Part shown: positions 13,801-26,800 of the stretch, in pieces | Numbering within the stretch: the first letter of the stretch is position 1 | How the letters are laid out: every line of letters starts with the position of its first letter | DNA from: Glycera tridactyla | Lineage: Eukaryota | Direction of reading: 5' to 3' | Assembly: GCA_965644265.1 (NCBI GenBank) | Contig: OZ286459.1 | Location: 71,052,001-71,116,000 of the forward strand | DNA length: 64,000 nucleotides | Program-made: the position numbers and the translations under genes | The notes under the pieces: model-generated | Told to the model about the DNA's origin: nothing | The model's input: the letters and a program-made list of their open reading frames with translations, nothing else | Database searches by the model: none

Positions 13801-16800
13801 TCAACTCAATATAATGAAAACATCTCAGATACCCTGACCTAGTCATTCTCATAGAGTCTTCAGCCCATGGCAGTATAAGACAGGTGCTCATGATTTTAGA
13901 AACATTGAGGTCCCAGTATGTCGACACTGACATAAACGCTATATTTCAAAGGAATAGTTGGAACTGTACAAGCTCCACATCAACCCAGCCCATTTGTTCG
14001 CTTTTAATTCTAATGATTAATTGTTTTATAGATTGAAATCATTTCATGAACACCGAAAAGTGCCCAGTTTATCCATAACTGTCAGCATAGCTACTTAACA
14101 ACTTTAACTAACTCAATCAAACAATCAAACAATACTGAAGTTGGACATCAAGATAGATGCAACGAAACAAATGTTGCACATGACAAGAAAGAATCAACAA
14201 GGAGCTTGGCTAGGATGTGAACTATCCAAAAATATTCAAGAAATGTCTCAGAGTATATACTCCCAACCATACTTCACAAAAAAGTGAAGTTTCTGAAATT
14301 GTTGTTGAGTAAAACAATACTGCATAGATGAGTGGGTCGGATATAGTGTCGAAATTATGCATGGGACACTCTCGAAATTTCCATCACTCCAATACAATGT
14401 GTTCCTGTTAGCACCCAACTCCATCAGTCATTCGATTCCATGTGCAAAATAGATGTTATTCATGAAGAAAGAGAAAATCCACCATGCCAATTCCACATGG
14501 TAAAGGCAATGGTGTAACTTCATCATAATCATTGTAGTGGTAACATTGAATCTTGGCTGGGAAATAATGATCTCCCAATTAAATGAAAATTCATGAGCCT
14601 AAAAGGCATGTCAATTCATGTCCCAATATTTTGAGAACGGCATAATTAAGAACAAACATAGATTTTTCAAGCAACCTTAAACCGAATCTATGTCATACTA
14701 CAAGGCCGTGCCTGAAATATCGTCAATTAAATCATGAATTTATGGTTGGGGTGAGAGTAGTGCAAGAGAGGTTATTCAGTTATCTGTCAAATGGGAATAT
14801 GACCTCTGAGACACAAAGAGAGAAGAAACTAGGTGAAAGAGACTCACTACCCAAACGACACTGAGCAGTAACAAGGTGCTGGTAGTTCATGTAACAAGTG
14901 CCACAATATAGCCATAGACACCAAAATATAGAGAGAAGTAGGTATATAAAACTGTGAAAGAGGACAGAGAGAGCACAATGCATGGATAACCTGGTCAGAA
15001 AATCATTTCATTCACTGCATAAGGACAACTTTATAATTCATATATCATCAAATGTATCATATCCATGGTTGTCTCAACTCAATCTTTCATCATGAAAACA
15101 ATATTCCGATCTTGCATATAAATCCATCATTGTAAAAATATAGTTGATATCAATAACATCTTCTCTACATGTATAACATTCATATTGTGATAACTTATAT
15201 TATTCCATTCTGTTTGACACAGCCATCTTATTTTCTCTACAATTTGACAAAAAGCTTGACCCACTCTGCTTGCAATTTCATTGCATGGGCATTCTCTACA
15301 CTTTTTGTAGTCATGAAATACAATGTACTTTTTTGCCACACCTCTACTGCAGTTATAGTTCGAGTTGCTGCGAAGAATCTACAATATTGATATATTAATA
15401 TCATATGAACTATGGCTTATCAAGCCCAGTCTCACTTGTATTTCTTGAGCAAAAAACTCACGGACACTATGGTGGGAATGTGTCTGTACTTTCACTGTCA
15501 GTACCAACTTTATCCAAAAATAAGCCACACTGATTCGGTGTACTGAGGAATGAGCTATTTTATAAGGTATCACCGATTCCAGGATATGAACCAGTTTGAT
15601 GGGGTCCTTGATACCAATGGCTTTGACACAATCTGGATCTTCATGAATGGGTACCAGTCAACAGTGTACAGGAGTTACAGCCTCTGGGGAGGGGATCCTG
15701 GATTTCTAGTGCTTTATATCATGCACTGATTTGCATGAGGAATACAAGAAATAATGTCTGTCTCAAGTGGTCATTATGATGTTACCATATCCATGGAAGA
15801 AAGGGGCGGTTTTGAATACTTCTTGCCCTATACTTCATTGGAAGGCCATGCATGGTGGGGATGCAAGGTAGAGTTCATGTCAATCCTGTTAAAGCCCATT
15901 CCAAAAGATGTGACATTGGCAGAAACCAAACAAGCAAAGCATGAAGAGAACCAATGAGCTGAGGGAGCAAACCAAAATAAAGATGGACTGCATTGATAGA
16001 ATTTATCAGCTTGCAACTGCCTCCATTTCATACTGCTTCCATTTCATGATGATGTTTCTCGGTAAGGCATGTATGATTAAATTTCCAATAAATAAGTATT
16101 GGGTTTTAGAGTGGAATAAGGTTACAGCCATTCAAATCAACCTGTCACAAGTGAGGAGATGAATTGGTTGAGTCAGATATCACTTTTGCCTTTAGTAATG
16201 CCATGTGGTTAAGGTGTGGTATAGAGATTGTCACTAGCTCAGAGCCAAACCAACAATATCTGATGACCTCATATGGAAGAGCCATTTGCAATTTCAGATT
16301 AAGTGAGAAATTCTCTTCAAATTTTGACTACATACTTCAGCAAAAAAAAAGCTGATGAAAACCAGAGATGAGATCTAAAAGGTTTCAAAATGTATCCGTC
16401 ATTCCCTCTACAGGTAGAACACACATGAGAGAGGTTGCCAGGTTTGTGATACCATGCTGAATTGTGCACAAATTGTGAGTCACTCCTTTCAGTGAATGAA
16501 TTTTCATGCAATTACACATAGACACATTGCAATTCCAGCTCACACTTTGACCAATGTATGAAAAAACTTTGATTGTTATCTGCTAAAACGATTCAGCTGA
16601 TTCAAAAACAAAGATCAAGGATTCAAGAAAACCGTGCATTGTGTTTTTGTGATGTGCTGTTAAGAGAGACAAAATATTTTTACTCAAGTTACTATCATGT
16701 TATTCAATGTACATAACATGGTTCTATAATATTTTCTGATGCTGTAAATTAACAACCGTGCTACTTCAAAGTGAGCATCTATTTCATTCCCAAACAGAAG

Positions 16801-19800
16801 CAAAAACTAGGAACTTTCATAGTAAACTAAATAGTTATCAGATATAGCTGTTTTGTGTTTCCAATATCACAAATTTGCAGCTACATTCCCACAAGTATTT
16901 TAGTCATATTAGTAAGTCTCAGGCCATTATAAATGATCTTCTGACTAGATAATGCACAGTGAGTTGGCAAAAATGCAATGTGCCGAATATTGGGACACAA
17001 AGGAAATAGACAGACAACAGCCTGCATTATGCACAAACGAGACTATAGAAGAAAGATACGATGAGGACGATAATGATCATGACGACGATTAGGGGGACAA
17101 TACAGAAATGTGACCATTAATAGATTACTATATACATTTTGCTTCTTTTTGATCCAGAAGAATGTAGATTGATTTCGGCTCTAATGGGAACAAAATGGAA
17201 ACAGCAAACTGTCACAAAACAGAAACAGCAACCCATCCCACACTAAAACCATCCCTAACTTGCATCATAACAGGCCTACTCTTCAGGTAGTCTGTCTACT
17301 GAAGAGAAATGCTCACTGATACATTGAGCAGAAAATCATCTATGATATTCCTATGAATTTGAGTTTTCTTCTTGCTAATAGACAGAAGCACACTTCACAT
17401 CACACATCACTTTGCCAATTTTGATAGTTCTCACTAGCAATACTGTTAGTGATTGTGGAAGCACAATTCGGCATAATAACTAATCCGGCTAAAGAGATTG
17501 TACAATCTGACAGCTGTAGCCGACACCACACATGTCTGTGACACCTCTCTGACTCAATCAATCCTCACTTCAACCAGGTTTACACTAGAGCAAGAATATC
17601 CAAACATCTTCTTTTGTAGGCTTGATATCTGAGCATTACAGAGAATGTGGCATCACAAAACCATCAATTATGCTAGGATTCATCTGTGGTTGAATCTATG
17701 TAATAAATTCCATTTGAAAATCATAAGTCATCATCATCCCAAACCAAAAAGTTCAGAATGATCATTCATCTGATGGTATCATTAGCAATGAAATAATCCT
17801 TCAAAAGCTTGAGAATTCATGGCCGGGTGTCAAAGTCGTATTCCTGTTGCAGTCACATCTGCATGCATGAATATGCACTGAGTACAGATTTTGATTGACA
17901 ATGATCCAACTAGGCCTTGGCAGGAGCAATATGTTCTGTATTGCATTTCAATGAGGATAAATTATTCAACACACGCCTCAGAATTGACCTATCACATGTC
18001 TTCAATACCTATGAGAGTATGCATGTCAAAAGATGTGGGTCAGATCGAGAGATAAAGAGCAGCTCTCATTATCTATTCAGATGCTTATATACAAATCGAT
18101 CATAATCTGCAGTGGGTGTGTAAAGTAGAGTGCCCGGTACCCAGAGAAATACAGGAAAGACAGGAGGTGGCATCTCAAGGTGGGAATACACTCGTTTCCC
18201 TATCCGCTTAGACCATATCCCTACAAACTGCCATCTATTGTTGGTGATTGAAATGAAAGCATTTCCATCTGCTGGATGAAAAAGAAGTGAAGTCTTGATC
18301 AATTAGCATATAAAAAAGTTAGGTTAGTGGAAGTTTGTTTTGATCAATCAGCATGTAAAATGTTTGGTTAGTAATAGTTTGGCTTGGCCAATTAGCATGA
18401 AAATGTTTGGTTAGTGGAAGTTTGGATTGGCCATGCATCAGCTTGTGTTTGTATCGCCATTGCAGAGGAGATCAGCGATGCTGATAGGTCAAATTCAGAA
18501 TCAAGATGGCAGCCTCCAGGGTGAGCAATAATATGGTCAATATATAAACATATAACACGGATATGTTTAGAATTGGTCAAATTTGAAACCAAACAATTTA
18601 CCTGAAATTAGTCCTATGGCTGTGAAAAGGCAGAATGAATAATTATTTTTAGTAAGTTAAACTTAGATTTCATAGAAATCGAGTACAAACACCCACTCCA
18701 ATGATTTGACAATACAGGTAACATTTCACAAATTTATTTCTCTTTACTCATGATCTCATGAAAAAAATATATATGGCTATAAGCCGTCTTTTTGTAAGTT
18801 GACTTTTGAAAGCATGGTGTAACTTACCGGGATACTGGGCTACTCCATTGGCATATACTTCGGCAGCCTGGCCATTTGTCTGTGGCACAGGGAAGGTGGT
18901 GACTGGCGATAACATTGTTGGAGGTGCACCATTAATAGCTGTGGTCCCTGCTGGTAAAATACAAAAGAGATACACGCTTGAAATCCTGAGTCATCTTGCT
19001 GGAATCTTTGCCGATTCTCAATTCCACAGATAGCCTTGTGGACACAAGCAAAAATTTGTGGATGAGAACATTTTTCTATGATTATCCTGCACTTTGTCTC
19101 AGAATAGAACACACAGGTCCTTGTAGCCCAGATAGCTATTTCATGAGAAGACAAATTATTGATTCCCATTTCCCATCTAAAAATCACAAGCAGCTCAGAT
19201 TAGAACATAGCAACTGTCCGTGTGTGTGTTGTTTGTGTGTGTGTATGTGTGTGTGTGTGTGTGTGTGCATGTGTGTGTGCGTTTGTGTGTGTGGATGGAT
19301 GTGATGGCTGATGAAGAAGAGGTAGGTTCGGATGAGCAGTGGGTCACATGTGGAATGTGATGAGAAAATGATGGGCAAGCAAGCCGTGGCTCTGACAGCC
19401 TCCAATCACATCTTGAGACAGAATCACTAGAAAGCGTGAGCGACCTGCATCAAAGATCAGCTCCTATTCACACCCGTCTATTGTACAATTTACACTTGTG
19501 GCTTCCTGGGCAAACCACTGGCTAATCTGATCACTTCAATGCATTCACTGCGAGGCTGCCATTTGCTGCAGCCCTACCCCAACAAGATGAGAGAATGTCT
19601 GAGATGGCCTCAATGTCAGACATGTGGCCAATGCCAAGCACGCACTCAATTCAGTATGAGCAATTAGTCCAACTTTGAACTTTTAATTAGGTCTCAGGAA
19701 CAAATTATGTGTAACACAGAAGCAGCTTCAAAGGTGACAGCTGGATTCAGACATTTCCTGGCTGTACATGGTTTCACAAAACCATGCATGCCAACATGAA

Positions 19801-22800
19801 GCAGTTCCCAAAGCCTGTCATTCATCTGCTACATTCAATCAAGATCACAAGGAATATGTCATGAAATCATCAAATATGGTCAAGCATTGGCTTCATGATC
19901 ATCTTTAGATGATTTCAACTTCTTTACACTAACTCTTCTACATTTTCATTATTGATTATTCAGGATCTGATTACTTTCAACCATTCAACCATTTTGATAT
20001 GAGAGATCATGTCTGCTATGCTTTAACTAGTGTATATCCAAAGATAGCTAGGAAATGAGTGAGATTTTATCTCTTCCTGCTAGGGGGTTATCCTGCAGAA
20101 TTTGCTGTGTGATTTGTCTCTGAGATCTTGGCTTGAAAAGGTGGCAGGGCATATCAAGTCAACATGCAACACTTGCATGGCAGATTTCTTGCACTTCAAA
20201 ACTGTGCAGAATAGGGTGTAATTAGACGGGCGTGCCAATCAGGCTTCATATAAAATGAGACACATGTTCAAGGAAATATGAAGTCAAGCTGTTTTTATTG
20301 ATCAAATAACTCTTTTGTGACAGTAGTCAGAATGTGCAATATATATTTCTTCCTATCATTGAAAAAAACCCAGATTTGATCTAGAGATGATGAGAAGTAT
20401 TTTTGGTAATCGTTGTTATGATTCGTTGCTGAGCCCATGTGAGCTGTGAGCTCAATTGATTGATATATTAGTGACAAAAGAGTACTGAACAAGAATGTAG
20501 GGAATGATGCAAGGATCAGATTTCTTACCTGTAGTAGTGGGTGTAATGGCACCAGTTGAGATTCCATTGGGGATAAGGGCATTGGCATGTTGTACTTGTG
20601 CGGCAAGAGCGGCCATAGGGTTGATGTAGCTGCCTTGGGAGGCAGCAGCAGCCATGAGTGCAGCCTGTTGCTGCATCAATTGCTGAAAACGAGCAGAGAA
20701 AATATGCATATTCATGAGTGAATTCAACTCAGTTTATCAAGTGATACACATACTGAAGTACCATTTGGAGCTTCTGAAAAAATCGGAATCCTGGCACAGT
20801 TCAGAGAAATATCATCATCAGGAACACATAGGTACTGAATCATGTAGAATGAGTCAATCTTCTTTCTCTTGGGTGAACAATGCTCTAGACTTTATATATT
20901 TTGTTATTTGCTCATTTTATCACCAATTGCTGATTTGTTCTCATCGATATCGGGACCAAATGAGCAAGATAAATTCTATTGCCTTCTATCATGACCTTCA
21001 ACCATGCGAATCACCTTGCTCATCAGATCACAGGGCTCTACATTAACTTTTTTCTTCAGCTCTCCTTTGGGCAGGTGAAGTAGGATTTTTACCTGCCCTG
21101 CCTGTCATTTTCACCTGCCCTCCTGCATATAATCATAGCCCAAATGATGATTGGGTACCTGCCCGTTGGGCAGGCAAATTGATAAAATCACCTGCCCTAA
21201 CAGCACATCTGCCTGCCTGTGCCAGTAGGGTAACCATTAGTGTAGAGCCCTGTATCAGGGTTTCAGATGTGATGAATGTTCCAGAGGAGTTCTTCCCTCT
21301 CACACATGAGTGGAGGCAAATGTTGGAAGCAATGCAATCACAACTCATATCCTGCGGCTATGAAAAAAAAAACCTCAGCAACTTAATCATGTTCCTCATC
21401 ATACGTTCCTCATTACCAGCCAATTTTCCCTGCCTTTGATAATGCAAGATGCCACTGAAATCTCATTTTGCTGCCTTCCCGACAGCGAGATCAACTTTTG
21501 ACATGAGTGAACATGCTGTGCCATCAATTAAGGTGGCTCTGACAACTTTGGCCCCAGAGCTGCCAATCAATTTGACTAGCCTGTTTAAACTCCACTGGCA
21601 CCAATCAGTGAAAGGCCTGACATCCCTGACTTTTTGTCCCTTCCAGCATTTGCCGTAAATGTCAAAGATATTTTTCTCCCAGCTGAACAAGATGGGGTTC
21701 ATGGGACATACCAAGAGGAAGTCAAATGTCACAGCTGCTTACTCGGCACAATTTCCTTTTTTTATTTTTACCATTCATATCATTGTTACCATTGGAAAGC
21801 AGAGATACTCTCATACAGAATGAACATTTGATTAGAAGGTTTAAGTCAGCCTCAGTAAATCATCCAATCTCAAGCATTCCAGCTTTTTTGCATCGATAAG
21901 TTAAAGTGGACTAATCCCTGATGGAAGGAGGTAAAAAATGAATGTTCTGTGATCCAATTTCTGCGGCAATTAAACAGCTGACTAATCACCTGTGCATGAT
22001 GGGAAGGGGATTCAAGGTGCTTCACTATCCCGCCAAAGGCATGACTAGCAATAAATTGTCACAGCCATCACTAGCCATTCAACTGTCACATTGTAAGAAG
22101 TAGGATTTTCCATGATATGCTTGGATTTCATGCTACCTTTGCAGCAAATCGGAAAGGATGCCTTCATTGCTCCTGATTCAAACCCTGGACCTAACCTTGC
22201 ACTCAGCAACCCCGCAATAATCAGCCAGAGGCCAGTGCATGAAGAAAGAATTTGGACATTTGAGAAGGATGGAAGATGCAAATTGAAATATTCAGTGAAC
22301 CCTGCGACGAGTGACCCCCCAACAAGAGATCACCTCTGACCGGAGACCGCTTTTCAAGGGCACCTTTTTTATTTGACAAAGTCAAATATACCTTTGACGA
22401 GAGACCGCCTCTTTTGAGACTGAATTTTGTAGACATATAGGGTGGTCTCTCGTTGCTGGTTTCACTGTGAGCTGAAATCTCATTTGTGGATCAAAAGCGT
22501 TAATGTGCCGCAGCTGTGTGGGTGAGGTGGTTCATAAACTGGAAATATTTATCATTTCCACATTATCGCTATGAAGTAATCACCTGCTAAGCAGGCACTC
22601 TTTAAAACTGAGCATGCTAAGCCTCCAGATGCTATCTATTAAAAGTACACATTTTTATGTGAAATTAAATCTGTTGATCCAGACAAATACCGCCAACACT
22701 CGAAGGTCTCGCGAGCAATAAGTTAGAATTAAAGTCTAATGGGCACGCAGTGCAAATCTGTGTGGTGATTTGTCACTGTAGCCAGATCCACACTCTCATG

Positions 22801-23781
22801 CACGAATCATCTTTCAATAACTTGGTGAATTGCAAAACAAAATTGCTGTGAAACGCCCAAGAAACCATCAAGTCAAACAAATATACACATAAATACATAC
22901 AATCAAACCTGTCTCCCATCCTAAGGGCATTTATCTTCAAAGCATAACTGACTCCATTCTAATGGCACATATATGAGTGAGGTTAATGCTAAAGTATTAT
23001 TAACACATTAATTCAGGGGCATATGTCTGGGAGGTTGAGTGGGCTGACCGCTAGGTGGTGTGATAGGCAAGCTGATCATCGGCGGGCGTCTAATCGATAT
23101 GTGCACTCTTGATGCTGATGTCTTCTGATCCGGGCATATTATGTGCATGTCATTCGCTAGTTTGTGTGTGATATCCAATTGACCAGCTCACAGCTCCTCT
23201 CTTTTATTATCTTGTACAAATAGTTCCTTGGTCACTCCCGCTAATATCACGAGCCATCTCTCCTGAGAAATAACCATATTGAATTTGCCCGATCTTGTCC
23301 CACACCAAAATGACTAATCATGCTCTCTAGCTGAACTTATAATTTCCCACTACTTGCCACCTTGACATACATGCTTATCTCAAAGGGAGGCATGAAGATT
23401 ATTTTATTTTGAGGGTGGCTTCAATAAGAGGGGATAATTTTTCTCAAGATTTGAGATGCTGCTCCTGTAATAATACTTCGAAGCACACAGAAATGCTGGG
23501 AGGAAGCTCTAACATCTGTCAATTTGGGGATTACTAAACCACAAAAACTTCACTCTCTCATCATCAGTCTCAGAGCATTTGAACGATACCATGACTTACT
23601 GAAACTAGATGAGCATATAGGCAAGCTGTCTTTGTTGCATAGGCAAGGGATACCATATTCTGAGTCCCATGACATCATGAAATACATGTATACACCTAAT
23701 AAACTATGATGAAGATAGTGCAGATGCAAGCAGCGAGGATATATTCGATGACAGAGAGCGAGAGAGAGAGAAAGGGAGAGA

Positions 23782-23837
<56 letters not shown>

Positions 23838-26800
23838 GATCAAGCAAGCATGTGTAATATTCCCTCATGATTATTCCACACCATGAGCCATAAAGCAGTG
23901 GATCAATTTCCTCGGGGATTCCCGTGGAAATCCTTCCAGGGAAAAACAGATCATTGATGAGTTTGGCTGGCTGTGGGCCTCCGGCTTACTTGTCAACTAG
24001 CCCGAACTACCCAATCCAATCTAGGCCAGTGACAATCTTAAGCCATCATCCGAGCAAGGTGATGAAGGCAGGTCAAGGCCATTATTGATCTGCCCGTGTT
24101 AACTATTGTTGCCATACTACAGGTGAGCTAGCTTGTGTGTCAGCGTGACCTGTTTGTGCATCCAGCTGGCATCGTCGATCTGCCACAAACCGCCATAAAA
24201 ACTGCATCTTATTACCACCGGCCAACATGCATGATATGGCACAATTAATGAAAGCCAGCTCCGGTGATGTGATTCCGAATGTTCGGTCTCGCGACCCGTC
24301 CAGGAATTCACACCTGCATCGAATGACAATGATGTTGGATGCTGCGTTTTATTTCAAATACAGTGATCGGCAGTGCCAGATCTGTTCTTTGATGTCTGTA
24401 GAGACAAGGTCCATTGATTGAATCTGCCCATATACATCCCATATTGAAACACATGGATTTGCCAACAGGATGAAAAATAGATGAACAAAATTGCATCCAA
24501 TTGGTGTGTGCATGTCTGAAAACTTCCTCTTCCCATGAATTGTAATGTTCCTTATAGAAACACCTCATATCATTCATTAGTGGAAGCTGGAATATGCATC
24601 TTATATGGATAGATAATGTAAGGGGTGTTTCACAAAGGATTTGTTGAAAAATAAAGTGTGAAATGCTACTAAAAGTCTGAAGAAAATGTCCGATTCTCTG
24701 TCCTGGGATGAGCATCCATCCTTCATGGTTTGCTCCTTGTCACCCTAATTTACATCAACAACACACTGATGAAAATCAAGATGAATGGACAAATCCATCA
24801 GAGATGACACAAGTGGGCAGAAGTCCCGCACAAAACAAGCTCGGTGAGGGAAGTGTGGACCATTTTCTCCAGACACTCCACCAATACCATTTGGCAAACA
24901 TGGCTTGCTAGTGAATATTGTCTAACTTTGACAGTGCCATCTATACAATAGAGATGGTATCACACTCCCGACGAACTCGCGGTTCATTGACCATGGTGAT
25001 GATCAACGCTCGCACTGCTGATCACCGTGAACACTGGGGTCAATAGTGTCACTGACAAGGTCACGCTTAGACGAGGTCACTTCGATGGAGATGAGCCACC
25101 GATCGATAGCATCATCTTGGAGAGCCATCTTGTGGAGCATCCCAGTAGCTCCAGTAAAAACCACGCCTATTCTTACCCCACCATTATTTCACATACAACG
25201 ATACCACTTCCCTTCCTTGGTAAAGATAATATTCCCTTAGGTACTCTCTAGACAAGAAATTCAAGTATAAAATTAGTCATTAGAGGAAACAGATATCCAT
25301 CTAAATGGACGGATCAGTGAAATTTCATGAATTCTTTTCATGTCTGTTTACTTGAATATATGTCATTGTCAACATGGGAAAACCAGAGGCAGCAATTGAT
25401 GATGAGGAAGAGGGTTAGAGAGATTATCGGGAGGAGGAGAAGAAAAAGAAGAAGACGAAGAAGAAGAAGAAGAAGAAGAAGAAGAAGAAGAAGAAGAAGG
25501 AGAGGAAGAAGGAGGAGGAAAGGAATGCAGAGATAGAGGGAGGGTTTCCACAAAATAACTTTGTATGGCGGAAAAAATCAATACCATTTCAAGACATCAT
25601 AACCTCGTCATCAGACGCGTGCGCTGTAACAGCTTGAAAACATGGCATCCCAGGCAGGATCAAACAGTTCCCTTTTTCATCTATTTCCTTTTGAAAGTTT
25701 TTACATTACCCCTGATTGAACATGAATCACCGACATCTTGGCAGGTGATGTGGTGCCGCTCCCTTCACATTCTAACCCTCTGAGCATTGGCTCAGTTTTC
25801 CATGAAGCTGTCCTCCATCTGATACTAATTTGAGACACATGACACATGAAATCCTGCTTTAAATGACGGCTACTTAAGCTTTCATCATGAAATTATTTTC
25901 TCCCGCTTTACATTTGCTACTGTTGTGGCATTTGCTGCTGATGTTGCTGCACGAAGGTTGCAGAGTGGACTATGACCCCCCCCCCCCCCCACCCCCATTC
26001 ATTTCATCCACTGCAGTCTTTTACTCAAAGTTGGAATGAAATAGGGTTTATTTTTGTTGCAGAGTGGAACCACACTGCTACATGTAGATTCATTCATTAA
26101 TTCTCAAGGACAACAAGAAACAAAACAAGCTAATATTAGCTGCTACTGGCATGGCAAAGTGCAGGAGTAGGTAGATGAATATTTTATAGTATGTAGTAAG
26201 ACTATATATGGTCAAAATGTGGCCCACTGAGGTGATCTTGTGGAAAATATATTCTGAGAATAGTGAAATACACAAAATGCCCATCAGTAGTAAACTTAGG
26301 CAGAATATTGGAGCAAACTGAACTGGAAGCCGTCATTCAGGTAACATTTTTTATGAAGATAACTTCACAAAGGCTGGGAACTTCATCGATAGCATGCGAG
26401 AGCGGATTCTTCTCAAATATCAGAGGCATTCCTCTCAGAAACTAGTATTACAAATGTGACTGGCTTGGAGTTGTCATGAAAAGCTATTTTGTAAAGCAAA
26501 TGCGCATCAAGCTGTGAAACGTTGAATATCATGAGAGGATCTCATGAAAACATGCAAATGAATCATTTGCTTTTGGTTAATCTTCTTCAGGATGAATATA
26601 TCTAATAGTTTGGGCTTGAACAACATGCTTTTATGAGGCGGGACATGCAGGCTTTCCCTTTATTGCAACATCCATGGCCAATATTTTTTCATGAACAGAG
26701 AAATGCATAGCATTCAGTGTGTTCTAACCCAAGTCAGCATAAATGCATCACAGAGATCATCTTATTTCATGTCCCAAATTATCATTCTTTAAATGTCTTC

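Noticed and set aside
25327-25587. Poly-R/L/S ORFs
   Set aside because: Artefacts of the (AGA)n tract.
25890-25950. QHQQQMPQQ-like frame after a tgcag
   Set aside because: In-frame stop follows immediately and there is no credible donor.
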